This document shows positions 1-9,200 of a DNA stretch of 64,000 nucleotides, in pieces. The notes below the pieces were generated by a model. The model was not told the origin of the DNA and ran no database searches. It saw nothing but the letters and a program-made list of their open reading frames with translations. This DNA comes from Nemertoderma westbladi (Eukaryota; Animalia; Xenacoelomorpha), in the NCBI GenBank assembly GCA_032718475.1, contig JAUCBJ010000640.1, forward strand, positions 1 to 64,000. Reading direction: 5' to 3'. Numbering within the stretch: the stretch's first letter is position 1; the number at the start of each line of letters is the position of its first letter. The position numbers and the translations under genes were made by a program.

Positions 1-2487
1 CAAGCGCTCGATGAGGTATCTAAGTTTTTCTCCATTAGATAGTACAGAGTTCTGTATGTTATCTTTGTAATATTCATTAAAAGGTAACCATTTCATCTCA
101 TCTCCATTGAACTTAACGATCTCTCCCACCTTTACCGCTTGCCGGGCTTCGGTTCTAGCCATTTGACGCGTAAAACTTTCTTGGGCCATCGTGCTATATA
201 ATATCGAATTATCGGTATATAAATTTCTCGGATTATGATCAGTTCTATATGGAATATCATTATCAACAGGTCTATAATTACCCTTAATAGGGTTCACTAT
301 AGGAGTTTCTACTTCGCTAGCAGTATAGATGCGTGTAGGCTCCACACCTTGCGCATGCGATACTTCAGACCTAACAGGTTGACACATTGTTACAGAGGGT
401 GGTGGTATACCCTTTTGGGTGTTTACTAATTTATCGCGTTCAAGCGCGATACTTTGCTGCACTTCTTGCAACTCTAGCCTACTTTCCCTTACTGTGCCCT
501 TGAATTGTTGGACAGTCTCCTGCATCTGCCCGAGCAGGTTCCCCCGTCGTCTCTCGTCCACCCATTCGACCGCCGAAGCGGGAGTCGCCAACGTTGTAGC
601 GGGCGGACGAGGGACAACGGGCGACAAATCTGGAATATTTCGCTCGGAGTCCAGGGTATGCACTGTCTCATGGACTGTTCTGCTGGGCACAGGTAGCTTA
701 ATGCTGTGCAAAGGGAATTGAGAAGTAGGTTCAGGGAGTACAGGTGTCTCTACGACCGAAAGGGTAGCTTCGGGAACAGGCCTAATTATTTCAGGCTCAT
801 CTACTATAGTAGGGAGTCTCTCTATTGTAATTATTTGGTCTGTGGGTTCTGTACTACCTACTTTGGTGTTATTTAGTTGCCTTCTAACAGCTGGAGGCAA
901 ATCAGGCAATTTCTGCCGGTGGAATGTTCTTTTACGTCTGCTTATGCGAGATCGATTTCCTCCGCCTTCAGTGTCGGTGGTATCGCCTTCCTCAGATGAT
1001 GTATACCCCTGTCTCTTGGGAGTAGATCGACTCATCATCTGCATATTGCTCGCTGTTAACTGTTTATTGAAGTTGTCTTGCTTCTCTTGAAGAATTTCCA
1101 ACTCTAGTTGGGTTGCCTCTTCAGATGCCCTCCATTCGGCTTCTACCACTGCCTCTGCTATTGCCAGTGCCGCTTTTCTTTCGGTTTCTGCCGCTGCCTC
1201 TGCTATTGCCAGTGCCGCTTTTCTTTCGGTTTCTGCCGCTGCCTCTGCTATTGCCAGTGCCGCTTTTCTTTCGGCTTCTGCCGCTGCCACTGCTGCTGCC
1301 ACTGCCGTTGTCTTTCTATCTTCTATACGTTTTTTCTTTACTTGTTCTTCTTGTTCTCTAGCGATGCGGAGTTGTTCATCGAATTTAGCTTGGTTCGCCG
1401 CTAACCTATCCACATCAATCGCATCTAACACGAGTTTGGCTCCTTCGCTATTAGGGCTAAGTCCCTCTAGCCTTCTCCTCAACTCTTCATCTCCCAAAAA
1501 ACGCTGATAGTCTGACAGATAGATATCAATGGCATCCTTCTTATGCGGTTTCTCTGCCGTCGCTTCACTTTCCACTTGGGAAAAAGTAGCGTCCGTCGAT
1601 TCTCCATGGGTTGAGCGCTCCTCCAACTGAGCTTTCCACTGAGCTGCTCCTTGAACCTGGCGACTCACCCGTTGAAACCAAGTTTTTACGGCAACTTGCA
1701 ACGACGTGTCTTGTTTTCTTTTAGAAGCCTCCTCAAAGGCGGATAAGATTAGCCTAATCCGCAAAACTCTTTCTCTAACTTGATAAAGCAGCGATCCCTG
1801 CTCTTGAGGTCCTTGAGGTTGTTGAAAAAGTTGCTTTTCTACTCGCTCCATAGAGCTGAAGAATCCCTGTGCGTATCCGGCTGCGGACCTCTTCCACACA
1901 GCTGGATCGATGGTTTCCTTGGCTACTCCCATCCGGTGTATGTCTTCCCAGGCAGCTTCTGATAAATCAAACGGGAGTCCGGGTCCGGGGAAGTTCCATT
2001 GCGACTCGACAATAGACTTCAGTTCTTCACTCGTGTATCCCGCGTAACTATCTCTAGTTGACCGTTGACTTCTCGCCCAATCGATCTGGTGTTCTTCCAC
2101 CGCGATCAATAACCCAGCGAGCACGGCTGCAGGAAGGATGAGAAGGGGATCCGTATAAACCGCATCCGTCATCTCTGCTCCGCGCTCGGGTGTCAGCTCT
2201 ACAGTATCATCACTACTGGAGCTGCTGGGCCGCTGAGGAATAAATTCTTGACTAGCGGGTTGTTGCTGTTCCGCTGCTTGTTGGTCCCGCTTGACCTGAG
2301 CTCGGGTGCCTATGATAGACCTACGATGTTGGACTAGCCTAGGTTCTGTTATTACTACTGGAGGGATGACCTTCCTCACAGTGGGAGGTGAACTGAACTT
2401 ACGACCAGACAGTTGTACGTCTCGATCTGAGTTGCAGATAGTTACATCTAATAAACTGTCTGACAGGTTCTGCTTAGTATCAGACAT
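1..2487 (-). CDS. gag: Gag(-Pol) polyprotein N-terminal part of a BEL/Pao LTR retrotransposon (3'-partial, continues beyond the left edge)
   Basis: Manual translation from the ATG at 2487 (MSDTKQNLSDSLLDVTICNSDRDVQLSGRKFSSPP...) gives 829 codons with no stop down to position 1. The last ~40 aa (IVKFNGDEMKWLPFNEYYKDNIQNSVLSNGEKLRYLIERL) fit the F-x-G-D-x3-W-x2-F...LS-x2-EKL-x-YL pattern of the DUF1759 Gag domain of BEL/Pao elements. There is an E/K/R/A-rich coiled-coil-like segment and a Pro/Thr-rich linker. Family call is by motif recognition, not a database search. Confidence 0.85.
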   Translation of the reverse strand, partial: MSDTKQNLSDSLLDVTICNSDRDVQLSGRKFSSPPTVRKVIPPVVITEPRLVQHRRSIIGTRAQVKRDQQAAEQQQPASQEFIPQRPSSSSSDDTVELTPERGAEMTDAVYTDPLLILPAAVLAGLLIAVEEHQIDWARSQRSTRDSYAGYTSEELKSIVESQWNFPGPGLPFDLSEAAWEDIHRMGVAKETIDPAVWKRSAAGYAQGFFSSMERVEKQLFQQPQGPQEQGSLLYQVRERVLRIRLILSAFEEASKRKQDTSLQVAVKTWFQRVSRQVQGAAQWKAQLEERSTHGESTDATFSQVESEATAEKPHKKDAIDIYLSDYQRFLGDEELRRRLEGLSPNSEGAKLVLDAIDVDRLAANQAKFDEQLRIAREQEEQVKKKRIEDRKTTAVAAAVAAAEAERKAALAIAEAAAETERKAALAIAEAAAETERKAALAIAEAVVEAEWRASEEATQLELEILQEKQDNFNKQLTASNMQMMSRSTPKRQGYTSSEEGDTTDTEGGGNRSRISRRKRTFHRQKLPDLPPAVRRQLNNTKVGSTEPTDQIITIERLPTIVDEPEIIRPVPEATLSVVETPVLPEPTSQFPLHSIKLPVPSRTVHETVHTLDSERNIPDLSPVVPRPPATTLATPASAVEWVDERRRGNLLGQMQETVQQFKGTVRESRLELQEVQQSIALERDKLVNTQKGIPPPSVTMCQPVRSEVSHAQGVEPTRIYTASEVETPIVNPIKGNYRPVDNDIPYRTDHNPRNLYTDNSILYSTMAQESFTRQMARTEARQAVKVGEIVKFNGDEMKWLPFNEYYKDNIQNSVLSNGEKLRYLIERL
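1151..1285 (-). repeat. 45-bp in-frame tandem repeat x3 within gag (15-aa unit AAE[T/A]ERKAALAIAEA)
   Basis: gcctctgctattgccagtgccgcttttctttcgg(t/c)ttctgccgct at 1151, 1196 and 1241, with degenerate partial copies on both sides. Confidence 0.95.
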
Positions 2488-2622
2488 GACTAGGTATGTA
2501 CAGTTGAATGCCTACTGCTATATTACAGTCTAAGCAAGTCTAGTAACTCAGTATTAACTGCTAGCCTAGTAATTAATTACCGTTACTGCTACTCAGTGTA
2601 GCGTGATATATAATATATTATA

Positions 2623-2860
2623 ATACCGGTATGCTTATAGTATAGATAACTATTATTACAGACTAGGTTTATCACCGAATACCGGTATAAATTTAGCACA
2701 AATATATATAAATATATAATAGGCCTATCTGGAATACCGGTATACAGCTTACAGTTTGTAGGATATATAATTCTGAAATAGAATTAATTACACGTACCGG
2801 TATAATTTCAGCCTAGATTTATAGAAATAAAGATAATAGGCCTATCGTAAATACCGGTAT
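2623..2860. repeat. Degenerate ~57-bp (about 116-bp dimeric) repeat anchored on the palindrome ATACCGGTAT
   Basis: (A/G)TACCGGTAT at 2623, 2679, 2734, 2794 and 2851 (spacing 56, 55, 60, 57). AATAGGCCTATC precedes the 2734 and 2851 copies. Confidence 0.8.
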
Positions 2861-3840
2861 ATCAATTATTTTAAAATAACTGAATTTCTGAATTTCAAGG
2901 GTTACTTGGTTACTTTACTTACTTTATTACCGTTATTTGAGCAGTAATCCAACTGATATTGAGACCTAATGGTTGTATGGTAGGCCTACTATTTATAAAT
3001 CGTTAGATTTGATTTATAATATATATATACCCGTTTTAATGGGTTTTGTCTATGTTTGAAATAAATGTTATTATTTCTGGGGTAATCACTACACAAAGCG
3101 GTGCGCTTTCAGTGAAGTGTTACTTATAGGACACTAAAACAAATAATTCTAATTTACCTAAGTTACTTAACACTACAAATTACGTACAATTCGGGTGAGA
3201 TTACAATCTCTAAATAAACACAAAAATTTACAAAAACACAAAATACGAAATTTTTAGGGTAATTTTACAAGAAGTCTACAAACCAGTCTAACAAAGGGTT
3301 AGAAATCTGGTTATTACAGCGGACAGGGTACTGCGGTATTTGAAAATAATACGTAGTAGTAAATACACTGCGTTGTCTAGATAGGAAAATACCACCGCCT
3401 GACGACCTATAGCCGTATCGCTATAGGTTCTACGTTATGTATCACGGAGTGTTCCTACCTAGAAGTTAATAGAGCTAATCGAATGTGCCTATCAACCACT
3501 TTACAACACAAATATAATGCCTACACTAATTACTTCGGAAAGTACTGTACACTAAACCCTAAATTAGGTACGAGTACTTGTACAACAGATAATCAGTAGT
3601 TACATATACTTGAACAGCTAAAAGAACCACGGCATCTGCTGGAGTGACCGATGCACAAAATCACCAGTCTTTACCTACGCCGAGCAGCCCGTGTAGTACC
3701 GGGGTTAATTTAACTATAGCGGTATGTATAACAAACACAATTACTGTAGGAACAAACTTGGGGAATGAATGTTGCGGATAATCGCATAAACTCTGAATAA
3801 TAAATATTACGCTACGCGCACAAACTACTTAAACAAAATA

Positions 3841-4370
3841 CAGACCGAACACTGACAGACTACTATCAAGCTTAAACAAACTACGGTATATGCAGACTCC
3901 GAAATGATTAGGGAGTATGCGCTCTAACCCAGTAGTGCGACTTATTCTTTAGTTGGGGGTTTACCTTACAGCGTTCGCTGCCCCTACTTCCTAACCGTAC
4001 TTAATCGGACAAATGATCTACACACACTGCAATCCGTTCAGACCTAATAACAGCCGGACAACTATCCAGCCTACAAATTATCTAAATAAAATTATACGCT
4101 ACCCGTACAGACTTACACAAACAAAGTACAGACTAAACGATGGCAGACTACTCTCAAGCCTAAATAAACCGCAGGACATGCAGACTCCGAAATGATTAGG
4201 GAGTATGCGCTCTAACCCAGTAGTGCGACTTATTCTTTAGTTGGGGGTTTACCTTACAGCGTTCGCTGCCCCTACTTCCTAACCGTACTTAATCGGACAG
4301 GTGATCTACACACACTGCAATCCGTTCGGACTTAACAGCAGTCAGACAACAGCTCAGCCTACAAATCGTC
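3841..4370. repeat. 288-bp-period direct duplication with a 122-bp identical core (3890-4011 = 4178-4299)
   Basis: ATGCAGACTCCGAAATGATTAGGGAG...CTTAATCGGACA occurs twice without a mismatch. The flanks align but carry many substitutions. Confidence 0.95.
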
Positions 4371-4540
4371 TGTACAATCTGATCAGGTTTACACGCCTTC
4401 TGTTCAATACTGGCCTACAAATAAATAAAACTTGACAGAAATAAGTAAACCATATAAAGGAATAAGGGGTGATCAATCCCTAATCCCTTAAACAGCCTAC
4501 CGGTATACAACAATCAAATCGAATAATACTAGTGTACTTA

Positions 4541-4672
4541 TACGGAAGTACCGGTTAGGACAGCTAGGCCTATGGACCTACAGAAGTACCGGTTCTGGCA
4601 GTTGGACCTACGGACCTACGGCAGTACCGGTTCTAGCGGTTGGGCCTACTGACCTACAGATGTACTGGTTCA
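4541..4672. repeat. 38-bp diverged tandem repeat, about 3.5 copies, containing GTACCGGTT
   Basis: GAAGTACCGGTT at 4545 and 4583, GCAGTACCGGTT at 4621, GATGTACTGGTT at 4659; the first three are followed by G(G/A)CCTA..GACCTAC. Confidence 0.9.
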
Positions 4673-5332
4673 GGTTTACCGGTTGACTGGTACTTTCAAC
4701 TTTATTGCTTACTGCAATAAAGAAGCTATATCCTTTAATGTTCGCGCTTTCAGACCTTTGGCAGTTTAACCCGCCAAATTAAGATGTCTTCTAGATATTA
4801 AATCGCTTTTTAGCCTATTACAAGTATTTGATTCACTACACTAGTCGAAACCAATCTGTGCGCGACCATTCACCCGCTGGATATTCCCGGGAGATTGGGT
4901 TCGACGGTTTAATTTTATTGCTATGTAAGCCTAATGTATTATTCGACTGACAGTATTATATAATCTCTGACAATATTATTCACCTTCGGGAATATTAACA
5001 GTTCCTTTAGGACGTGGCGCTTTATCTATATAAACAGAGTTATGACTTAAACTACTCACAACGATATGGCTTAATTATATTTCACATATATGGCGCATTC
5101 TTTAGGAAATGCTTCTTTAACAGACTCACTCGCACACAATGCTGCACAATACTGCACACTAATCTGCCAATCTTCACTGATTTTAGTCACATATAAAGGA
5201 ACACAGACTGACTCATGTAGGGTCTATCAAATAACATTAGATTCACTTCAAACCACTTTAACATAAGTCACAATCGTTATTGGTAACCTTTCTCTCTTAC
5301 CTTCGGTATATCAAGAATATTGGGTGTCGGGG

Positions 5333-5350
5333 TTATTTCTCGTTATTCCA
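5333..5350 (-). other. Putative primer-binding site (TGGAATAACGAGAAATAA on the minus strand)
   Basis: TGG lies one base after a minus-strand ...TACA end, the usual LTR/PBS geometry. I could not match it to a specific tRNA 3' end. Confidence 0.35.
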
Positions 5351-5351
5351 A

Positions 5352-5979
5352 TGTAATAATTCATCAACAAATATAATGAATAACCGACAACAAATAGCAG
5401 TATACGGTATTGATTGAGCAGGTAATTTTAGCAGTTTCAGCAGTTATTAAAAGCCGTGTATCAGCAGGTATTATGCAGCAGTGACTACTGCAGTGCCGCA
5501 GATAAAGGATATATGTCCTTATAATTAAACCTACTAGTGGAGCTAAAAAGCAGAAAGCACAAAACACTAAAAAGCCGTTCTTTCGTGGCTTTGAAAAACT
5601 CGTGACTACTGCTCTATACGAGTATACCAACCACCCTTATTCCACGAAGCTCCCGTTCAACACAGAGAAAGAGCAGTGAGATAGGAAAATTTCAGTTCAG
5701 TAGCGCTGTGATAGGTCAAAATCAAGGCTAACTCAAATTCTATTGGGAGATACAAAAACAAGGCTATGACGCAACCTCCTTAGGCTTGGTGGCCGATTAA
5801 ACAGAGCCCAGATGCCTGCGTACAGCAAATCAGCCAATAAGCTGGTAACTTGCACTATTTTTAGCTATAGATCACTTTGAGAGTATTCTTAGCGACTGGG
5901 GGGGAACTGGCCAACAAGGCAAACGAATCAGTTATCCCACAAAAGCTTTTACACCAAGATTTTGGTGAAATTCACAACA
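5352..5979 (-). repeat. Putative 5' LTR (TGT...ACA); outer boundary not fixed (ACA at 5977-5979 or 6088-6090 are candidates)
   Basis: Begins TGTAAT at 5352 next to the PBS-like motif, is of typical LTR size and contains promoter-like motifs. No second copy is in the window to confirm it. Confidence 0.4.
5740..5870 (-). promoter_or_regulatory. Possible U3 promoter motifs in the putative LTR
   Basis: ATTGG at 5742, ATGACGCAA (CRE/C-EBP-like) at 5766-5774 and CAGCCAAT at 5831-5838. Short motifs only. Confidence 0.25.
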
Positions 5980-6104
5980 ACCAAGTCGAACTAATAATAA
6001 TAAATAAAACAATAAAAAAAAATAATAATGCAAGCTTAACTAAATAAATTATACCTCTAAGACTCTGATTCTGATATATATATAACTACATTTATTGAAA
6101 GCAG

Positions 6105-6222
6105 AAATTAAATTGGGCGACGAGACGGCAAACACTGTAGAAGATTGGGAAACTTGGAACATGAACCAATATCTGGAAGAGAAGAGGGAGGAAGTTTACA
6201 AAGAGACGTTTCTGGAGCAGAG
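6105..6222 (+). CDS. Putative internal coding exon (118 nt, phase 1 to phase 2) of an unidentified host gene
   Basis: Flanked by ...TTTATTGAAAGCAG and GTGAGT. Composition shifts from AT-rich low-complexity sequence to purine-rich coding-like sequence. Open frame reads xIKLGDETANTVEDWETWNMNQYLEEKREEVYKETFLEQR. The polypyrimidine tract is weak and the protein was not recognised. Confidence 0.6.
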
Positions 6223-6228
6223 GTGAGT
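6220..6228 (+). promoter_or_regulatory. 5' splice donor GAG|GTGAGT (GT at 6223-6224), also the start of satellite unit 1
   Basis: Matches the AG|GTRAGT consensus. Confidence 0.65.
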
Positions 6229-9200
6229 AAATAAAGAGAGAGTTTAGGTTAATATACATCCGAGGTGAGTAAATAAAGAGAGGGTTTAGGTTAATATACC
6301 CCCGAGGTGAGTAAATAAAGAGAGAGTTCAGGTTAATATACCCCCGAGGTGAGTAAATAAAGAGAGAGTTCAGGTTAATATACCTCCGAGGTGAGTAAAT
6401 AAAGAGAGAGTTTAGGTTAATATACCCCCGAGGTGAGTAAATAAAGAGAGAGTTTAGGTTAATATACCCCCGAGGTGAGTAAATAAAGAGAGAGTTTAGG
6501 TTAATATACCTCCGAGGTGAGTAAATAAAGAGAGAGTTTAGGTTAATATACCTCCGAGGTGAGTAAATAAAGAGAGAGTTTAGGTTAATATACCCCCGAG
6601 GTGAGTAAATAAAGAGAGAGTTTAGGTTAATATACCTCCGAGGTGAGTAAATAAAGAGAGAGTTTAGGTTAATATACCTCCGAGGTGAGTAAATAAAGAG
6701 AGAGTTTAGGTTAATATACCCCCGAGGTGAGTAAATAAAGAGAGAGTTTAGGTTAATATACCTCCGAGGTGAGTAAATAAAGAGAGAGTTTAGGTTAATA
6801 TACCCCCGAGGTGAGTAAATAAAGAGAGAGTTCAGGTTAATATACCCCGAGGTGAGTAAATAAAGAGAGAGTTCAGGTTAATATACCCCCGAGGTGAGTA
6901 AATAAAGAGAGAGTTCAGGTTAATATACCTCCGAGGTGAGTAAATAAAGAGAGAGTTCAGGTTAATATACCCCCGAGGTGAGTAAATAAAGAGAGAGTTT
7001 AGGTTAATATACCCCCGAGGTTAGTAAATAAAGAGAGAGTTCAGGTTAATATACCCCGAGGTGAGTAAATAAAGAGAGAGTTTAGGTTAATATACCCCGA
7101 GGTGAGTAAATAAAGAGAGAGTTTAGGTTAATATACCTCCGAGGTGAGTAAATAAAGAGAGAGTTCAGGTTAATATACCCCGAGGTGAGTAAATAAAGAG
7201 GGAGTTTAGGTTAATATACCCCCGAGGTGAGTAAATAAAGAGAGAGTTTAGGTTAATATACCCCGAGGTGAGTAAATAAAGAGAGAGTTTAGGTTAATAT
7301 ACCTCCGAGGTGAGTAAATAAAGAGAGAGTTCAGGTTAATATACCCCGAGGTGAGTAAATAAAGAGGGAGTTTAGGTTAATATACCCCCGAGGTGAGTAA
7401 ATAAAGAGAGAGTTTAGGTTAATATACCTCCGCGGTGAGTAAATAAAGAGAGAGTTTAGGTTAATATACCCCCGAGGTGAGTAAATAAAGAGAGAGTTTA
7501 GGTTAATATACCTCCGCGGTGAGTAAATAAAGAGAGAGTTTAGGTTAATATACCCCCGAGGTGAGTAAATAAAGAGAGAGTTCAGGTTAATATACCCCGA
7601 GGTGAGTAAATAAAGAGGGAGTTTAGGTTAATATACCCCCGAGGTGAGTAAATAAAGAGAGAGTTCAGGTTAATATACCCCGAGGTGAGTAAATAAAGAG
7701 AGAGTTTAGGTTAATATACCCCCGAGGTGAGTAAATAAAGAGAGAGTTTAGGTTAATATACCCCCGAGGTTAGTAAATAAAGAGAGAGTTTAGGTTAATA
7801 TACCCCCGAGGTGAGTAAATAAAGAGAGAGTTTAGGTTAATATACCTCCGAGGTGAGTAAATAAAGAGAGAGTTTAGGTTAATATACCCCCGAGGTGAGT
7901 AAATAAAGAGAGAGTTCAGGTTAATATACCCCGAGGTGAGTAAATAAAGAGAGAGTTTAGGTTAATATACCCCGAGGTGAGTAAATAGAGAGAGAGTTTA
8001 GGTTAATATACCTCCGAGGTGAGTAAATAAAGAGAGAGTTTAGGTTAATATACCTCCGAGGTGAGTAAATAAAGAGAGAGTTCAGGTTAATATACCCCGA
8101 GGTGAGTAAATAAAGAGGGAGTTTAGGTTAATATACCTCCGAGGTGAGTAAATAAAGAGAGAGTTCAGGTTAATATACCCCGAGGTGAGTAAATAAAGAG
8201 GGAGTTTAGGTTAATATACCTCCGAGGTGAGTAAATAAAGAGAGAGTTCAGGTTAATATACCCCGAGGTGAGTAAATAAAGAGGGAGTTTAGGTTAATAT
8301 ACCTCCGAGGTGAGTAAATAAAGAGAGAGTTCAGGTTAATATACCCCGAGGTGAGTAAATAAAGAGGGAGTTTAGGTTAATATACCTCCGAGGTGAGTAA
8401 ATAAAGAGAGAGTTCAGGTTAATATACCCCGAGGTGAGTAAATAGAGAGAGAGTTTAGGTTAATATACCTCCGAGGTGAGTAAATAAAGAGAGAGTTCAG
8501 GTTAATATACCCCGAGGTGAGTAAATAAAGAGGGAGTTTAGGTTAATATACCTCCGAGGTGAGTAAATAAAGAGAGAGTTTAGGTTAATATACCTCCGAG
8601 GTGAGTAAATAAAGAGAGAGTTTAGGTTAATATACCTCCGAGGTGAGTAAATAAAGAGAGAGTTCAGGTTAATATACCCCCGAGGTGAGTAAATAAAGAG
8701 AGAGTTTAGGTTAATATACCCCCGAGGTGAGTAAATAAAGAGAGAGTTTAGGTTAATATACCCCGAGGTGAGTAAATAAAGAGAGAGTTTAGGTTAATAT
8801 ACCTCCGAGGTGAGTAAATAAAGAGAGAGTTTAGGTTAATATACCTCCGAGGTGAGTAAATAAAGAGAGAGTTCAGGTTAATATACCCCGAGGTGAGTAA
8901 ATAAAGAGGGAGTTTAGGTTAATATACCTCCGAGGTGAGTAAATAAAGAGAGAGTTTAGGTTAATATACCTCCGAGGTGAGTAAATAAAGAGGGAGTTTA
9001 GGTTAATATACCTCCGAGGTGAGTAAATAAAGAGAGAGTTTAGGTTAATATACCTCCGAGGTGAGTAAATAAAGAGAGAGTTTAGGTTAATATACCTCCG
9101 AGGTGAGTAAATAAAGAGAGAGTTTAGGTTAATATACCTCCGAGGTGAGTAAATAAAGAGAGAGTTCAGGTTAATATACCCCGAGGTGAGTAAATAAAGA

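Larger units (their letters stand above)
1..5979 (-). mobile_element. BEL/Pao-like LTR retrotransposon, 5' portion (LTR, leader, gag); right boundary uncertain
   Basis: Intronless gag-like ORF, long repeat-containing upstream leader, and a minus-strand ...TTATTACA-T-TGG junction at 5352/5350 resembling an LTR end followed by a PBS. The second LTR and pol are outside the window. Confidence 0.7.

Noticed and set aside
235-2533. Short ORFs from the track, including the Cys-rich 1108-1404 and Leu/Pro-rich 1113-1361
   Set aside because: They are antisense or alternative-frame shadows of the long gag ORF and its 45-bp repeat.
3841-4370. The 288-bp direct repeats as the LTR pair of a small element
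   Set aside because: The copies are adjacent with no internal region, and no TG...CA termini or target-site duplication are evident.
5326-5335. GTCGGGGT resembling the tRNA-Trp 3' end as an alternative PBS
   Set aside because: Lacks the terminal CACCA and an adjacent TG LTR end; an 8-nt match can be chance.
4013-5630. ORFs 4013-4195, 5014-5196 and 5364-5630
   Set aside because: Short, no recognisable motifs, located in leader/LTR-like sequence; the duplicated core has stops in all minus frames and ends the plus-strand ORF.
5952-5967. Hairpin CACCAA-GATT-TTGGTG as a terminator
   Set aside because: Short stem in a eukaryotic context; no support for function.
6243-6252. Telomeric repeat (TTAGG / TTTAGG) in the unit
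   Set aside because: Only one TTAGGTTA per 42 bp, frequently mutated to TCAGG; not a telomere tract.
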